A stretch of 64,000 bases of DNA from Moniliella sp. 'wahieum'. Lineage: Eukaryota. The translations under genes and the position numbers were made by a program. The notes under the pieces were generated by a model. The model worked only from the letters and a program-made list of their open reading frames with translations, was not told the DNA's origin and did not search any database. This document shows positions 22,750 through 36,650 of this stretch, piece by piece (within the stretch, counting starts at the first letter, position 1; each line of letters starts with the position of its first letter). Location of the stretch: the NCBI GenBank assembly GCA_003971905.1, contig RSEE01000089.1, positions 1 through 64,000 of the forward strand. Reading direction: 5' to 3'.

Positions 22750-25700
22750 CTATCCTGTCCGGAACGAGCTAAGCGCGCGAAGTTGGTTTGGACGAGGACG
22801 AGGCGGTTGAAGGTGCAGAGCGAACGGGTGGGATCGGACGGGACCCGGTTTGCCCGATTGGAGCAACGGGTGAGCCTCAACGGCCGCTGGTCCCATCTTA
22901 TCGTAATCCTGCAACAACAAGCGTACCTGTCCCAAGATGGGAGCTGGGAAAGCGCGTTCGTGCATCCGTTCCAGGAGCCACTGAGCTGGTTCGAGGTGGC
23001 CAGCAGAAAGTTCCGTTTGGATCATGGCAATGTACGTTGACGGTTCGCGGAACGTGCGTGCCCAAGGGTTAGTTGGGCTCGGGCGGGACGGGCGGGAGGA
23101 TACGGCGTCCGAGGCAGCAGCGGCAACAGCGTCCGTTTGGCCTGGGAGCAGTTGAGCGTAGTACGAAGGAAGTTTCAACGCATCTTTCTTGTTGCCCTTT
23201 CCGTCGGCCCGGCTGGCATGGTTGCCAATGGCCGCGACCGGTCGGGGGGTCGTTCATTGAAGCAAACACCCTCCTGGCTTCGGTCACACCGTGTTCCCCG
23301 TTGGCGCCAAACGCGCGGATGGCCACATTGGCGTGGTAGGCCGTGAACCGGATGCCCTGGCCGGCCAAGCGCTGAATAAAGTCGAACAGCAAGTCCACAC
23401 GCTTGTGGTGCACGTACACCTCCATCATGGCTTGGTGGCAAACCGCATCAGGGAGAGCTGTAGCGCCGCGCCGGCCCGAGAGGGGTGTGATCGAGTCGTA
23501 GATCCCCTGCGCTTTGGTGAGATCGTTCGCTTAGTACCGTACGAGGTGATGAGAGTGGCAAGGTGCGTGCCCTCGACCGCATTCACCGCTGCAATTTCGT
23601 TAAACGTCTCAATCAGCTTGGCCTCCTCGACTGGCGATCAGTCCGTACGCGTCCAGCAGTAGCTTCCAAGTGTACCCCGAGAAGGAGAGTTTGTGGGCGC
23701 GCATTTTCCAGGTACTCCAGCGCCGAGGCACGATCGCCTTGACGGACGTAATGGCCAATGAGCGTGTTGTACGGAGCAGGCGAGGGACGGAAGTCTGGCG
23801 CCTGTTCCATCAGCTGGAAAAAGTGGAGCGCTTGCTTGATCTCCCACGACGAACAAAGGCATTGACCAACGCACCATACGTGATGGACGAAGGCTTAATC
23901 TTGTGTGCCAGCATCATCTTGTAGTATGCCAGTGCCGTCTCGGCGCGGCGGGCGCGACTGAAGGTAGAGATGATGGTGTTGAAGAGGTAAAGGTTGGGCT
24001 TGACGCCCAAACGGATCGCCTCATCAAACAGTTCTTTCGATACCAGCACCTCGTCCGTCGTCACCTTGCTCGCAGCGATCAGCGACCCGTACGCATCCGC
24101 CGAAGGAATTTGTCCCGCATTGACCAAGAGATGACGGTGCGAGTTGGCCAGGCGGCACTGACCCGAATGCGCGCAGCACAGATCATTGCATTCTCCAACT
24201 CGACCCATGCACTGGCCTGGACACTCGTGCCCTCCAGGCTACGAACCACATGCGAGCCCAAGAGGTAGAGCAGACGCACGTGGTCCATATCTCTCTTCAC
24301 CCCTGTGAGGTTGATCAGCGCAACAATAAAAGGGATGGTGGGGTAAGTGCCCTTGCGTGCGCTCTGAAGGAGCATCTCCACAGCATGCGACCATCACCCT
24401 TACCCCCGCTCGGACCGCCCGAGGTGTAGAGGGTGTGTGCCTGACCACCCAGCTCATCGCTCAGCGTCTTGACCGGGGCGAATTCCAAAGCTGGATCGCT
24501 CGACACGGTCTCGGACGGCTGCACAGGGCCCAGCGCCTTGAGTGCCCGCTCGGACAGCTGCGGCAACTCCGTCTCGGGCTGGGGTGCAGAGAGTTCCTCC
24601 TCACCAGCCGTGGTGTCCCAGGGCTTACTGTGTACCATGCGGAAGTAGGAGGGATTGATCTTTTCCAGCAGCGGGACCACCTCGCTCGGGGTACCGCGCG
24701 GAAAGGATTTCAAACGCCTGCTCCACGTCCGGACGAACAAGGTGAGGGCGCTTCGGCTTAACGTCGGTTTGGACGGCGGCCAACTGGAGCATGGCGGGCG
24801 TAACACGAGCATAGTCCTCCGCCAGCATCCCGAGCCCCGAAGATGTCATACGGGCCAGATCAGGCTCGAGCTGTTGCTCCTCCAGCGCAAAGGCACGGAC
24901 AAGAATCGTCCACTCGTCAGGCGAAAAATGAGTAATCACGTTGTCCCGGTCCTCGGGCTTGATCTGACGGTAGAGCAAGGCGAGCCTGGTGGCCCAAAGG
25001 TAGGCACGCGGCAGTGCCTCCTTCTTGCTCACCACGCGTGCAAGAGCGATGGGTACAGCTGCAGCATGGGGGTAAACGTGTGGAGCGTGGTAGTGAGCAA
25101 GGCGGCGGCCGCGGGGCTAGCCTCATCGGCCGGGATACGCGATTGAGACGGATGAGGTGAAGCATGCGCTTCGCCACAGCCGACAACGTACGCCGCTTCG
25201 TCGGGTTACCGAGAGCGCTCTTCCTCAAAGAGGAACTCTTGCCTTCCACCGGAGCAGACATGATCTGCTGCAAGACATGCGTCAAGAGCGAAGCAGCGTC
25301 GGCAGCCCGGCCGTAACTCATGCACTTGTCCACAAGGAAAAGCAGATTCGAGACAAACTGAGGCACCTTTGGCATTTCCAAAAAGGCGCTGTCCTCTACC
25401 TGGGAGAAGGCAGATCCGACCAAGGACAAGAGCGCATCGGTTTGCGCCTCCATCTTGGCTACCACGGCGGGCGAAAGCAGTTTTTCGATAAAGTCAAGGT
25501 GGGTACGCGTGCCCCCCTGGTGCCTTCACTCAGGTCGTTCGCAATGACCTTGAGCACGCGGGCGTACGAGCCAGTCTTCTGGCCCTCCTCCCAAAGAGTA
25601 CCATCCTCAGCAGTAGCAGCGTCGGCGTACATCTGGGACAAGGAAATGAGGCCCTCCAAGATGGGAGTGCCACGCTCTCCTCTGAGCTAAGCAACGCATT

Positions 25701-27826
25701 GTACCACTCGGTAGCTGTCGGCACACCTGGGTAGCAGCAAGACCAACGAGCATGATGCTCACCGTTTCCCGCGTGGGCGGAGGAGTGTGGAGCCCCAATG
25801 TGGGGTGGGGGTGTTCGGCCTGTTCGTCGAGCATGCGCTTGAAGAGTGCAATGGCGCCCTCAGCATGGCCTAGAAGGAAGTGGGCATGGATCATACCGTT
25901 CCAGACAGAAACAAGGGGTTTGTAGTGCGCAGGGCCGCGTCGCGGAAGACGCCATTCGACTTGTCGACAAACGGAAGCTTCGAACGTTCCTCACGCCCGG
26001 CTGTTCTGGTATCAGGATCCAGGGTCCAGTGGGGCAAAGCAGCATCAAACACGCTCTGGAGCACTTCGAGTGCGTCCGCTTTCCAGCATCATCCTCGCTA
26101 AGAGGAGGAATGAATGTTGCGACAGAGGCTTGCGCGAGTTGACGTTCAGTTCCGAGGGCTTGAGTAGTTTTTTGCCAACAAGGGAGATGAGGATAAGTGA
26201 GAACATCTTGGGCTCAAGGTAGTCCTCTGGCAGCGACTCGTTCTCTGCATCAACGCCAGCACCTCCAACGCAACGCGAGCGTCGCTCCGTCGGGCCGCAA
26301 CCTGCAAAAGGGCATTGTACGCCCACGGGGCATTTGGCTGAAGGTCGGGGTCTGCATTGACGGCATGAAGGAGCGACATGGCAAAGTCAAAGCTGGTCAC
26401 GGGCTTGGAAAGAACCGCGTTGACGTCAGCGGCTCCCTCCTCCACTTGGCCCTCCTCGTACTCGCTCTCCAACGATTCGCCGGCGGATGCTTCCTTGCTT
26501 TCAGGGATAGAAAGCAGCTCATAGAGAGACGGTGGGACCCTGTCGTACGGATTCGTTGCAAGGAACTCGATGATTTGGGCGACGAGTTGTTTGTTGATCC
26601 CGTTGTAAGTAGCGGACCGCGCATCCAGTTGAGTACCTCTTCCTTTGGCAGCATCTGGTCCGAAGGGGCCGAGGAGTTCAACGCGGCAAGAAGGAGGAGA
26701 GTGATGCGCCCATTAAAGAAGTTGGTCCGCTGGTCAACAGGCACTTCTGTGCTTGTTTGAACACCCTTTTGGTCTTCGCCAGCACGTCTTGCGGCCGGCC
26801 TTTCCCGGGAAGCGGAGGAGTTGAAACAATAGCGAGCGCACACTGGTTTCCAAAACGTAATCTTAGCCCGGGTGGAATCATCAAGGGGTGCCATTTTCAC
26901 GCCGCGCGTCCAGGGCGGCTGTTGGACATATCGGCGAGCGAGTCGGAAATGCGCTTGACCAACGCCTCGGTCTCTTCCATGTCAAGCTGGCGTAGCGTAG
27001 CCTGGGTCCTTTGCCGAGCTCATGGGTGTAGGGCGTTCCTCCGGACCCAGGGGGGCGTCGTCGAGAGCGACCGAAGCGTACCCACGCGCCGAGACCCGGG
27101 ACCCCAAGCTGGAGGCACGGGGACGGGTAGCGCGGCTGCGGAATGTGGCAGAAGACTCGTGGGCCACTGCATAGAGCAGCTGCGCGACCGCGGCCGACTG
27201 ACGAACGCGGCGTTGGACCTGGCGCCGAATCACCGGCAGCACGGGAACGGCCTTCTTGCGGTGGGCTGACGGCTCAATCAGTCTTGGACCAGCAGTGTGA
27301 AGATTGGAGAAGAGACGGGTTAGACGTTCTTGAACCTGAGCATTGGAGGGGTTGAGCAAGATGCGTGTCTCGGGCGCGTGCTGCAGGTTGCCGCGGGGGT
27401 GGGCAGAGTGCGCGGCTGGGCGACAACGAGACGCGAGCGGAGGCGGAAAGGGTCTTGTTCCGAGTCATCCGTCTCGGCGAACGCATTTGACGGAAGGTTC
27501 TGCACCGTTGGGCTCTGGGCAAGCAGATGCTACACACAACGCCGGTCAGCAACCAGGGAAAACAGAGAGGAGTATGGGAAACGTACTTGGTAGCTGCCAT
27601 GCCAGGCACCGCTGGTGCTGCCGCCGGCGCCTGCACCGGCCGAGGCGCCAGCAGAGGCGCCGAGGGCAGAGCTAGCACCGGAAGCAGCGGTGGATGCGCC
27701 CGCCACGACGCCACCGACAGTGGCAACGGTGGCAGTGGTGACACCATTGGCGGCATTGGATGCGGCGTTGGCGCCTGCGGCGGCGAAGCGCGCCAGGTGG
27801 ATGGCAAGCTTGGAGGGGAGGGGCAT
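22750..27826 (-). CDS. Large mitochondrial pentatricopeptide-repeat (PPR) protein (fission-yeast Ppr5-like architecture)
   Basis: Tandem PPR motifs, e.g. PSADAYGSLI, GVKPNLYLFNTIISTFSRARRAETALAYYKMMLAHKIKPSSITYGALVNAF, PSPAPYNTLIGHYV, REPSTYIAMI. Presequence-like Ala/Gly-rich N-terminus. Intron 27530-27586. Many frameshifts. Confidence 0.88.
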
Positions 27827-30800
27827 GGTGGGGGACTAGGGAGAAGGGCGGGCTCCACGGGGGCGTGGGGTCCCAGACGGTGGCGGCGGGGGGGCGGCAG
27901 TGGAGGGAGGCTGCCGGGGGGGGAAGACGCCACGGAGGATGGAGCTGGCGGGGCCCAAGACGGCGGTGGCGGTGGTGGGATGGGGGGGATGGATGGATGC
28001 CGACGGGTGAGAACGGCAGTACGTTTTGGACGGCTCCGTCAGCGCCGCTGAGCTCAGCCAGGCGGCTGCCGGGCGGGACAAGCCGGGTGCGTTCCGCCCA
28101 CACTGGCGCCGTGCTGCGGGCGGCGCCTTCCTTCCTTCTCTGCAGGCGTCGAGAAGACTTGCAACCCTACTGCTGCGCGTGGCGGCCGAGCGCAGCTGTG
28201 GCAGGCCAAGTGGCACGTGTCTTGAAGCGGGCACCCGCCCCAGTCTTCCTTTTTTCTCGGCAAAAGACCACAAGTATTGGAGCAAGTACCTCTCGGATGC
28301 GCAGTCGGCCTACTAAGCACGGGGAGGGCAGCTGACACTACTCCCAAGAACCAAAAACAACGTCCAACGAACAAAGCATGCGCACTGAGTACTGACGTGT
28401 CTTGCGACCATCGGAGGCGAGCCAGTGGTGGGTCCGTCGTAGAGAGGGATCTCCACAGGGATCCCTCAGGCCGAGGCCTGACGTTTAATTGCCGGCCCTC
28501 TGCACTCAAATCCTCAGACCGCATGAGGTTGAAGTCATATTATCGTATTTACCGTGGCGATATGAGGTCGCGATAGCGTTCTCTATAGTTGAGGACGTGT
28601 TTGCAGCTTTCATGGAAGAGCTTTAGGGTCCGACACAGAGGGGGGCACTGCAACTGTGGGAGCTCGACCGCTCGTCACCATCATAAGCGCAGGAATGGTC
28701 TGCAGTGGGCGTAATGCTCTCGTCGTATCGCGTGTCGGAAGAGTAGAACAAACGTCGTGCTTGGACGCCGACGAGAAGGAGCCCGCACAGCATCAACTCG
28801 AACTGTGAAGATGCCATACCAGGAGGCAGGGTGTCCTGTCGCATACGTCGTCTCTCACTTTCTCGGGCTTGACATCGGCGGGGTTAGCGACAGGTTAAAC
28901 CCATCAGCAACCTTGCCTCGAGGCCCGATGGCTTCGTTGTGCGCCGCAATGGCGGCCGGACCGGATGGTTGGACAAGGGCTTTAATTCACGACAGACGAA
29001 CGAATGCCAAGAACCGAGGAACGCCAACTATTTCGTCAACACAGAAAGAAGCATGCAGTCAAAGAGAGCGCGGCGATAACGACGGGGTCGGGCACAGCTT
29101 CTGTCTAATGCTTGGTAATAAGCCGCGGCTCGTATGAATGTGGCCTTGAAAAGCAACTGGTGCGTACGGGTGGATGCTGACGACGCGCGATTCCATGATA
29201 CGCATCCACGCGATGAACGGGGAAGGGTTGGGATTGTCTGAGATTTGTTGATGGCAGGCATCTGCGGCGGCGTCATCATTGGAGAACTGATGGATATCAT
29301 GGCGTGGAACAAGCCTGGGGGATGGCGGAGAGATTGATGAGCAGTGTGACATCAGAGCAAGTCACCAACATCCCCAGACGTTTGAGCCGGAGTATTAGAG
29401 GTGCGGGGAACACACCAGGTTCTGACATCTTTGAATGGCCGGGGCGAGTATGGATGAAAATATTGAATGCCGACCGAAAACCTGTGGGATTGAGACGACG
29501 GCGACGAGAACGAATGCAATACGGGCGTTGTATGGTGGAGAGAGTCGGATGCAGGCCCGTAGAGACAGAGTCGGGATGGCGGCGCAGTGCACAGATGCCT
29601 GCTGAGGCGCTGGGGTTGGTTGGATAGGAGGGGGATGATGCCGGTGATGGCGGGGTGCCTGGAATTGCGGACACCCCCCCCCCCCGGCCCCGGGGGCTTG
29701 ATGGTCTTACTTTTGTTGGGGCGGTGGAGAAATATATAGGCCGGTTGTACGTTGTACGAGCCAAGGGTGCCACTGAGTCACCGCGGGTGGCTCGTGTGTT
29801 TTGGCCAACGCCACTTCAGTCCCTCACCTATTATAGGCCGCCTGAGTTTCGTTGTTTTCTCGCTTCTGTTTTTGTTCTACAGCCTAGCCCCTGGAGGCAA
29901 CTGGCTGCTTGATGTTCCTCTGTAGGCGTTGCGGGTTAGCTTAAATCACCACCACCACCAGTGTGATTGCTTCACTCGAGGACCATCAGGCCTCTCAGGA
30001 CTGCAAATCTCACGAAGGGCGGGGTGGGGCATACTATAGACGTATCACTGGTGGGCCTCCGTGTGGCCCGCAGCGTCAAGCTAGCTTCAAGCTTCACTTA
30101 AGGATGGTGACTAGGAAGAAAATCATGACTTGAACGAGACGGTAAATGAACACCTGCTATGCATCTCTCTAAGTGAGTATAATACACGGACAAGAGACGG
30201 CATAAGATAGTGAGTACACGTTCTGAGAGTACTGTGGTACTGAATGGAGCACACGGAGTAGGGAGTCCTAGTGAGACTAGGGAGGGAGTCCAGAGAACTG
30301 ATGCAGCGACCCGAAGAGGCTACAGAGGGTCGGAGAACGGGCGACTGGGGAAGGCGGCCACACAGGGGAGAAAACAGCGAGGAGGTAGGTCATCGGTGGC
30401 GTGATTGAATCGTGTGGGGCGAAGCGGTGGCGTCATTGCGGGGTGTGGAAATACTGTGGGGCAAAATTCAAACAAGACACAGCTAGTGTATAGCAGTGCG
30501 ACGGACATCGGGCAAGCGGGCTGGCGCCTTCGCTTGTGCCTGTTCGCTTTGCTTTCGCATTTGCTTTCTGAGGCCATCGATGATCATGCATTGTTGATCG
30601 AGTTAATCGAATCGGACGTTTACTGACGGGAAAGCATCGACTGTCGCTTGGCGATTGTCCCCGTCTCCACCAGCAGGAGCATCGACTGGTGGCATGGACC
30701 TAAGGCACGCCATCGATCATCGACCATCCTGCACGGACCTCTTCCGCAGCAGCCTGAGACTTCCCTGAAGCACCTTACTTCATCGGTATTAGTTTGTAAG

Positions 30801-31278
30801 TAGTCGGGGTACTACCAAAAGTCAGTATAGTCGCGGCGGCCGACAGTCGTCGGTATTCGGTAGGAGCTGGTGGTCGCTACGTACTACGCGGTGACGGTCA
30901 CCGGTAGCCTTAGGCTCTGTCCTCCACGCAGCCCTGGGCAGCCTCAGACCTCAGGGTCTCAGGTCTCGTCGGCCTCATCCATTATCAACCTCGGGCTGAG
31001 ATCCCATCGATCGATACAATGCAGGCCTCGTCTGGGACCTGTGTGGCCCAGCCCAACACCCATCTCGTGCTTCTCCGGGGCAGCGGTGGCGGTGGAGCAG
31101 TTCGAAGTGGTTTATCTGGCAGAAACCAAGCCATGCAGGGTGGCAAGGATAAAAGATCTAAATGTATGCCCGCACAGTTTACATGAAACCGTTCCCTTCT
31201 CGCCTCTGCATCTGCTTTGCTTTTTTTGCTTCCTCCCCTCCATCCTGCAGAGTCGGAAACGAGCTACCCATCCGCAGC

Positions 31279-33066
31279 ATGCCCACATTCCCCTGGTCGC
31301 GCGCCTCCTCTGCGTCCCCGGAAGCGCCCATCCCAGCGTCGCCCGACGCGGATGAAAAGTTGCGCACCACATCGGCCGACGTTGCATCCCTCTCGGGCAC
31401 GGGAGAACCCATTGAGCCCAACCGGGCCTTATCCCGCCTCAAGCCTGACGGTACCTACCGCGTCACCTTCTACCGCTCCGTGTTTTGGAACATTACAGTG
31501 CTTGGTCTGCTCCTTCTTGGCCCCCGGTCTCTGGGCGGGCTTTCTCTCCTTGGGTGCTGGAGGTGGGATGGACATTAGCACTGTCAATGCGTCCAACTCG
31601 ATCACGTACGTACTTTTACCCCCCTCGCCCCCCTCGTGGCGAACAGAGCCTGCGAAGAAAGGTGAGGCCTGACAACCCCTCTGTTTTGGATGGGTGTAGG
31701 TTTTGTTTGATGGTAGTCACCTGTTTCCTCCAGCCTGCTCTGGTCAAGATTACCAACATCAAGTTTGCCCTGATTTTTGGTACGTGCGGATACGCGCCTT
31801 ATGCCGCTGGGCTCTACGTTCTTTCCAAGGACAACAAGAGCTGGCTCGTAATCCTGGGTGCCACCCTGTGCGGTATCACAGCCGGTACGTTTTGGCGACA
31901 GAGGGGGCGTTGGTGATGGGCTACCCGGAGCGCAAGAAGCAAGGTCGGTACCTTTCGTATTGGTTATGCTACCGGGTCGCAGGCCAGGTGCTTGCGGGGC
32001 TCATCTCACTAGGTTTGAACCACAATTCGCAAGCGGCCTCGGGTGGTGCCATCTCATTCACCACATACAAGGTCTTTATTGCGCTGCAAGCAGCTGGGCC
32101 TTGGCGGGATGCCTCCTCTCGATGCCGAAGAATGTGCAACGCATAGATGGGACGCCAGTTGAGCTTGCTACCACTCAGCACCCCTGGGTGGAAATCCGGT
32201 TGATGGCCAAAACGCTAGTACAACCCAAAGTCTTGCTCCTCTTGCCCATGATTTGGACCTCGACTTTTTCCGAGTCGCTCTGTGGCACCTTCAATGCCAC
32301 GTACTTTACGGTGCGCAGCCGTGCCCTCGCCTCGCTCATGGGGGCGGTGGTGTCGATGATTTCAAACTTGCTGCTGGGCGTGCTATTGGACTACCGACCA
32401 TGGACTATCAACCGCCGTGCCAAGGTAGGCTTTGGGTTGGTGTATGGATGCGCGATGGGGTACTGGATTTACGCAATTGTTGTCATGAACCAGTTCCACA
32501 AACACCATGCCCCTCACTACGATTGGGTCGATGGTAGCTCCACTTGGGGCAAAGGATTTGGCGTCTACCTTATGCTAGAGATCCTCTTCTCGACCATGTA
32601 TGAGAGTACGTTCTGCACCCCCTCCTCCCTCGCCGCTCCTTCCTTCCTTTTTATTCCTGAAGCAAATAGTGCTAACAGATCCTTACATTTGACAACAGTG
32701 AACTACTGGATTGCTTCGGGCTTGTCGGACAACCCAGCGGATCTGATCCGGCTCACTGCCATCATCCGTGGCGTCGAATCGGCGGGCCAGGCCGTGTCGT
32801 ATGGGCTCAACTCGACTGGGTTCCGTCTTGACGGCGTGGCCGGGCTCAACATGGCCCTGTTGGCAGCAAGCATGCCGCTTTGTTATGGGGTGGTGCACAA
32901 GCTCGGCGTCAAGCCGTCGGGAGAAAAGATCCACGAGTTTGCCATGTACGCCTCGGACGACCAAAGGGCCAAGCTCCTTTCGGAACGGGTGCCGCAAGCT
33001 GCTGCCGACGAGAAGGGTGACCAACTTTCCAAAGAACAGGCCTTTGCGGAGGAGCCCCACTTGTAA
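31279..33066 (+). CDS. UNC-93-like MFS transporter
   Basis: FLAPGLW, GTCGYAPYAAGLY, GITAGTFW, YPERKKQGRYLSYW, FTVRSRALASL, RGVESAGQAVSYGL; multiple TM helices. Introns 31606-31699 and 32606-32698. Confidence 0.88.
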
Positions 33067-33660
33067 GGGTCTCTCGACTCGGCGAGCAAGTGGGCGTTAG
33101 CTTTGGTTCTGTTGCTGTATGATACTATGTATACCCCTCCCCTTTCCTCTCTTTTGGTCCAACGAGAGGGTCGAGCCTGTGGCTGCTGTGCATATATATT
33201 CTTCTTGAACGTATTTCCCTTGAAATGTGGTTCCAGGGCTCGGGCCCCTCGCGTTCATTTTTGTCGTCCCTGGTGTCTTGCAGCTCTACGACCATCATGA
33301 AGAACACGCTTTGCCCGGGATTCAAACGCAATATATATTGAGGGTACAACCAGTTGGTGACACTGCACATAGCCTCTTCCTGGGTGCGATACGCACAAGA
33401 TGGGCTGGCTACGCAGAGTCAATTACCCTGGGTACCTTACCCGACCGGTTATAGCTTCCATCTAAACTGGCACGCGCCGAGTTAATTGCGCAGCTGAGGC
33501 GTGGATGCATTGAATCGGCATGCACCAGAGGTAGGGTTAACACTCTCTTGAAACGTTCAGTGTGAGAGCTCCAACGCAGCGTCCCTCTGCCGTGGGATCG
33601 AGCATCGCCGAGCGCGCGCAGACACTCGGCTGGCGGCGGCCACCATCTGCGTCTCCACCC

Positions 33661-36427
33661 ATGGCATCTCGCCCCCGCGCCCCCCGCACACCCCCCGCCG
33701 CCCCCCGCGCCTGGGCCCGCCGCGACGCATCCAACGGCACGCCCATATGGTCCCTCCCAGGGACGCCCCCAAGGGCCTCCGGCACGCTCCCAAGGGCCCC
33801 ACGCACGCCCGCAAGGATCCCAGCAGGCACGCCCACAAGGACCCTATGCACACCCCCAGGCACACCCCAAGGACCCCAAGGACCCCAAGGACCTAAAGGT
33901 CACCAAGGACGTCCCCATGTACATCGAAGCGGAAACCCAGGTGGATACGAACCGGACACCCGGCCGCGCGTCCTGCCGCGCCTCCCCGCCGCCCCCCAAC
34001 ACGCCTGCCTGGCTCTGGGCGCTCGTAGCTCCTTTCCATGATCTTCCCTCCCACCTCCCGCCGTTTCCTCTCCTCGCCACCCTCCTTGCCCCCTCCGCTG
34101 CCGCCCCCGCCAATTCCTCTACCAGCCGCGGCAGCCTCAACAGTCATGCGTTTCGCTGGCTCCCACACCACAGCCACGCTCTTCGCCACTTGATCCGCAC
34201 CCTTTCCGCCAGTCTTCGCGTCCCGTCTATCCCTCCCCACAAGCTGAGGAGGCCAAAGAGATCAACTCGATTGCCGGACGAAAGTTGGTCGTTTTCCAAC
34301 TGGTTCGGCTGCTTGGGCTCGCCTCGCTGGCTGCCCACTTTGGCCAAGCAACCGACCGCATCTCTCCCGAGATGCGCAATGGGGTTCTCAACATCCTGTA
34401 CGACTTTTGTGAAAGCTCTCTCGCTCAATCCGTTTCCTCGGCTACCGCGCTCTCGTCGAGATTGCGTTTTCCGACCCCCACGTGGTGCGGCGAAATGTGG
34501 ATGTGTTGATCCAGCTGCTAGTGGTGCCGCACGAGGACGAGAAGCGGACGATCAAAGCAGGATTGCACACATTTCTTCTTTCCAACCAGAGACGACACTG
34601 GGAATGCTGCTGGATCCCGAATCCCTTCAATCACCCAATCTCCGCAACCCCATACTTTCCTTTCTCGTGGAAGCAGCCCAGCCGTTTCCAGATACGAAAC
34701 TGTTGGACGGCATGCCCTCCACGGGGAGGGACGACTTTCCTACGCGCCTGTCCGTTGACTCTGAACTTCAGGCGCTCCTCGCCACTCGTCTTGCTGGAAA
34801 CTCGTCCCTCCCCCTCAAAAGGAGGAAGGGGGGGAAACGCTGGTGGAGTCATTTCTTGCCACTCTTCCTGAGCAAAGGAAGGAGCTGGAGACCATCTCCC
34901 ATCTACTTTTCGGCCCTAGTGGAAACAGTGGGCTTACACTCCTCTGGAACGAACAAGCCAACCCATCTCGTGCTCGTGCGGCCAAAGAGGCACTACTAAA
35001 CTCGTTGTGCTTGCGAGGGGCACAAAAACTAGCGGTAATGATGCATTGCTTGCGCCTCGTCCCGGACGACATGCGGGTCGGACCCGATTCGGGAGAGGCA
35101 GAAGCAGTGTTGGAGGTGTGGAAGGACACACTTCCTCGTCTTGTCGACACTGCAAGCCGCACCCAAGTGGATTCGATGGACACGGATCTGCCCGACCGCC
35201 AAGGCGAGCAGATGGAGCGTGCCATCAAAAGGGTGCTCAAATATCTTCTCCAGGACGAACCTTTGCTCCGCTCCCGTTCGGCCCCCGAGGGGGCAAAAAA
35301 GTGGCCAATGATCAAGTTCTATATGAGAGCTTTCGCATCGGATGTCGGGGGACGAGGGAGAGGCAACCTTGGGGCTCGTGTCAGCGGGGCGTCAAGGTAT
35401 GCTTGATGAGGCTGGCGGCGCTTGCGGCGTTGTCCCGTCGGAAGACTGCCATTCGTCACACGACCATCGGGGCCTATGATTCCAACCTAGCCGAAGTGCT
35501 GTTCGAAGGACTGGCGAGCATCGCGATCCCTCTTGAGGAGTGGGGGTCCCGGGCATACCTTTGCGCTCGAGGGAGCCGAAGCCGCTTTCTGGGGACTTGC
35601 CATGGCTTTGCCTTTAGTACGTTCCTTCCTTTGCTCCTTGCCTGGGTACAAAGCTAATGTTGCGCATTGGATAGCGCCCTCAACGGTCGTTACCCAAGCA
35701 GTGGGTGACGGACAGCGCGGGGGCACAAGAGATCTGTCAACGATGGGCTGAAGTGGCTGTGCGAGGATCGGAGGTTACCCGTCAAGTGGCCAAGATGGGG
35801 GGCAGTGAGAAGGCGTACCTTTCCATTCTGCTTCGGACGATTGAAGGGGTCAGTGCGCAGCTACTCCTTCCTGCGAACGAGCGCGTGGCACTCGATTTGC
35901 CCCCGGTTTGGATTGATGTATCGGCGCCCCTCTCCATTCCAAGTGCGCAGCTCCTCAATGATGCTGGACAGGCAAAACGTCGACGTTCCCCGCTCCTAGT
36001 GACCTCGCCGCCCCTAGTGACGCCCTCTGCTCCCGCAACGGTAGGGGGGAGGCCTATGAGCATCCGTGGTGTGGCAGGGGGCACCAAGCGGGGACGCTCC
36101 GAAGAAAATGTCTGCCTTGTGAATGGGACCTTAACCCCCGTTGTATCCATCAAAGGCAGTGCTGGTCCCGCACCCCTCGTTCCCGTCGACCAGCCCCTGG
36201 ACCAGCCCAGGCCCCTGGACCAGGGCACACCTTCAACCAGGCCCCGCCCATCGCCGTTCGTCTGTCCCATTTCGCGCCCACGGTATCGTCGCATGCAGAG
36301 GCCGGATTCAGTACCCCCTGCTTCGACTAGTGGTAGTTTGTTGGACCGCGTCGAGCCACGGAACCAGAACCTGATGCGGAGGATGGCCACGCACCCGCGT
36401 CTGCACAAGAAGCAACGAAACTACTAA
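33661..36427 (+). CDS. API5 (apoptosis inhibitor 5)-like helical-repeat protein with Pro-rich N-terminus and disordered C-terminus
   Basis: Joining frames at ~34372-34620 gives MRNGVLNILYDFCESSLAQIRFLGYRALVEIAFSDPTWVRRNVDVLIQLL..EKRTIKAGLHTFL..PETTLGML. This resembles the API5 N-terminal pattern (AINAQLDLCED..IRRQAIKEL..RVADILTQLL). Confidence 0.65.
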
Positions 36428-36650
36428 CTGGTTTGGTTCGTAAATGGCCCCATTCGCATGCCATCAATCAATCGTCAACGTTCAACGTTCAACGTTCAAC
36501 ATTCCACCGTGAACGAGGTGCCACAGGCAACATGATAGATACGCGTAAACAGCTGGAAACAGCGAGGGTGGATAAAGGCGAGAGGGACGTCGCCATATCC
36601 AAACAGGGGGGGGAAAGACGAAGAAGAAGAGAAGAACAAGAAGGGCATGC

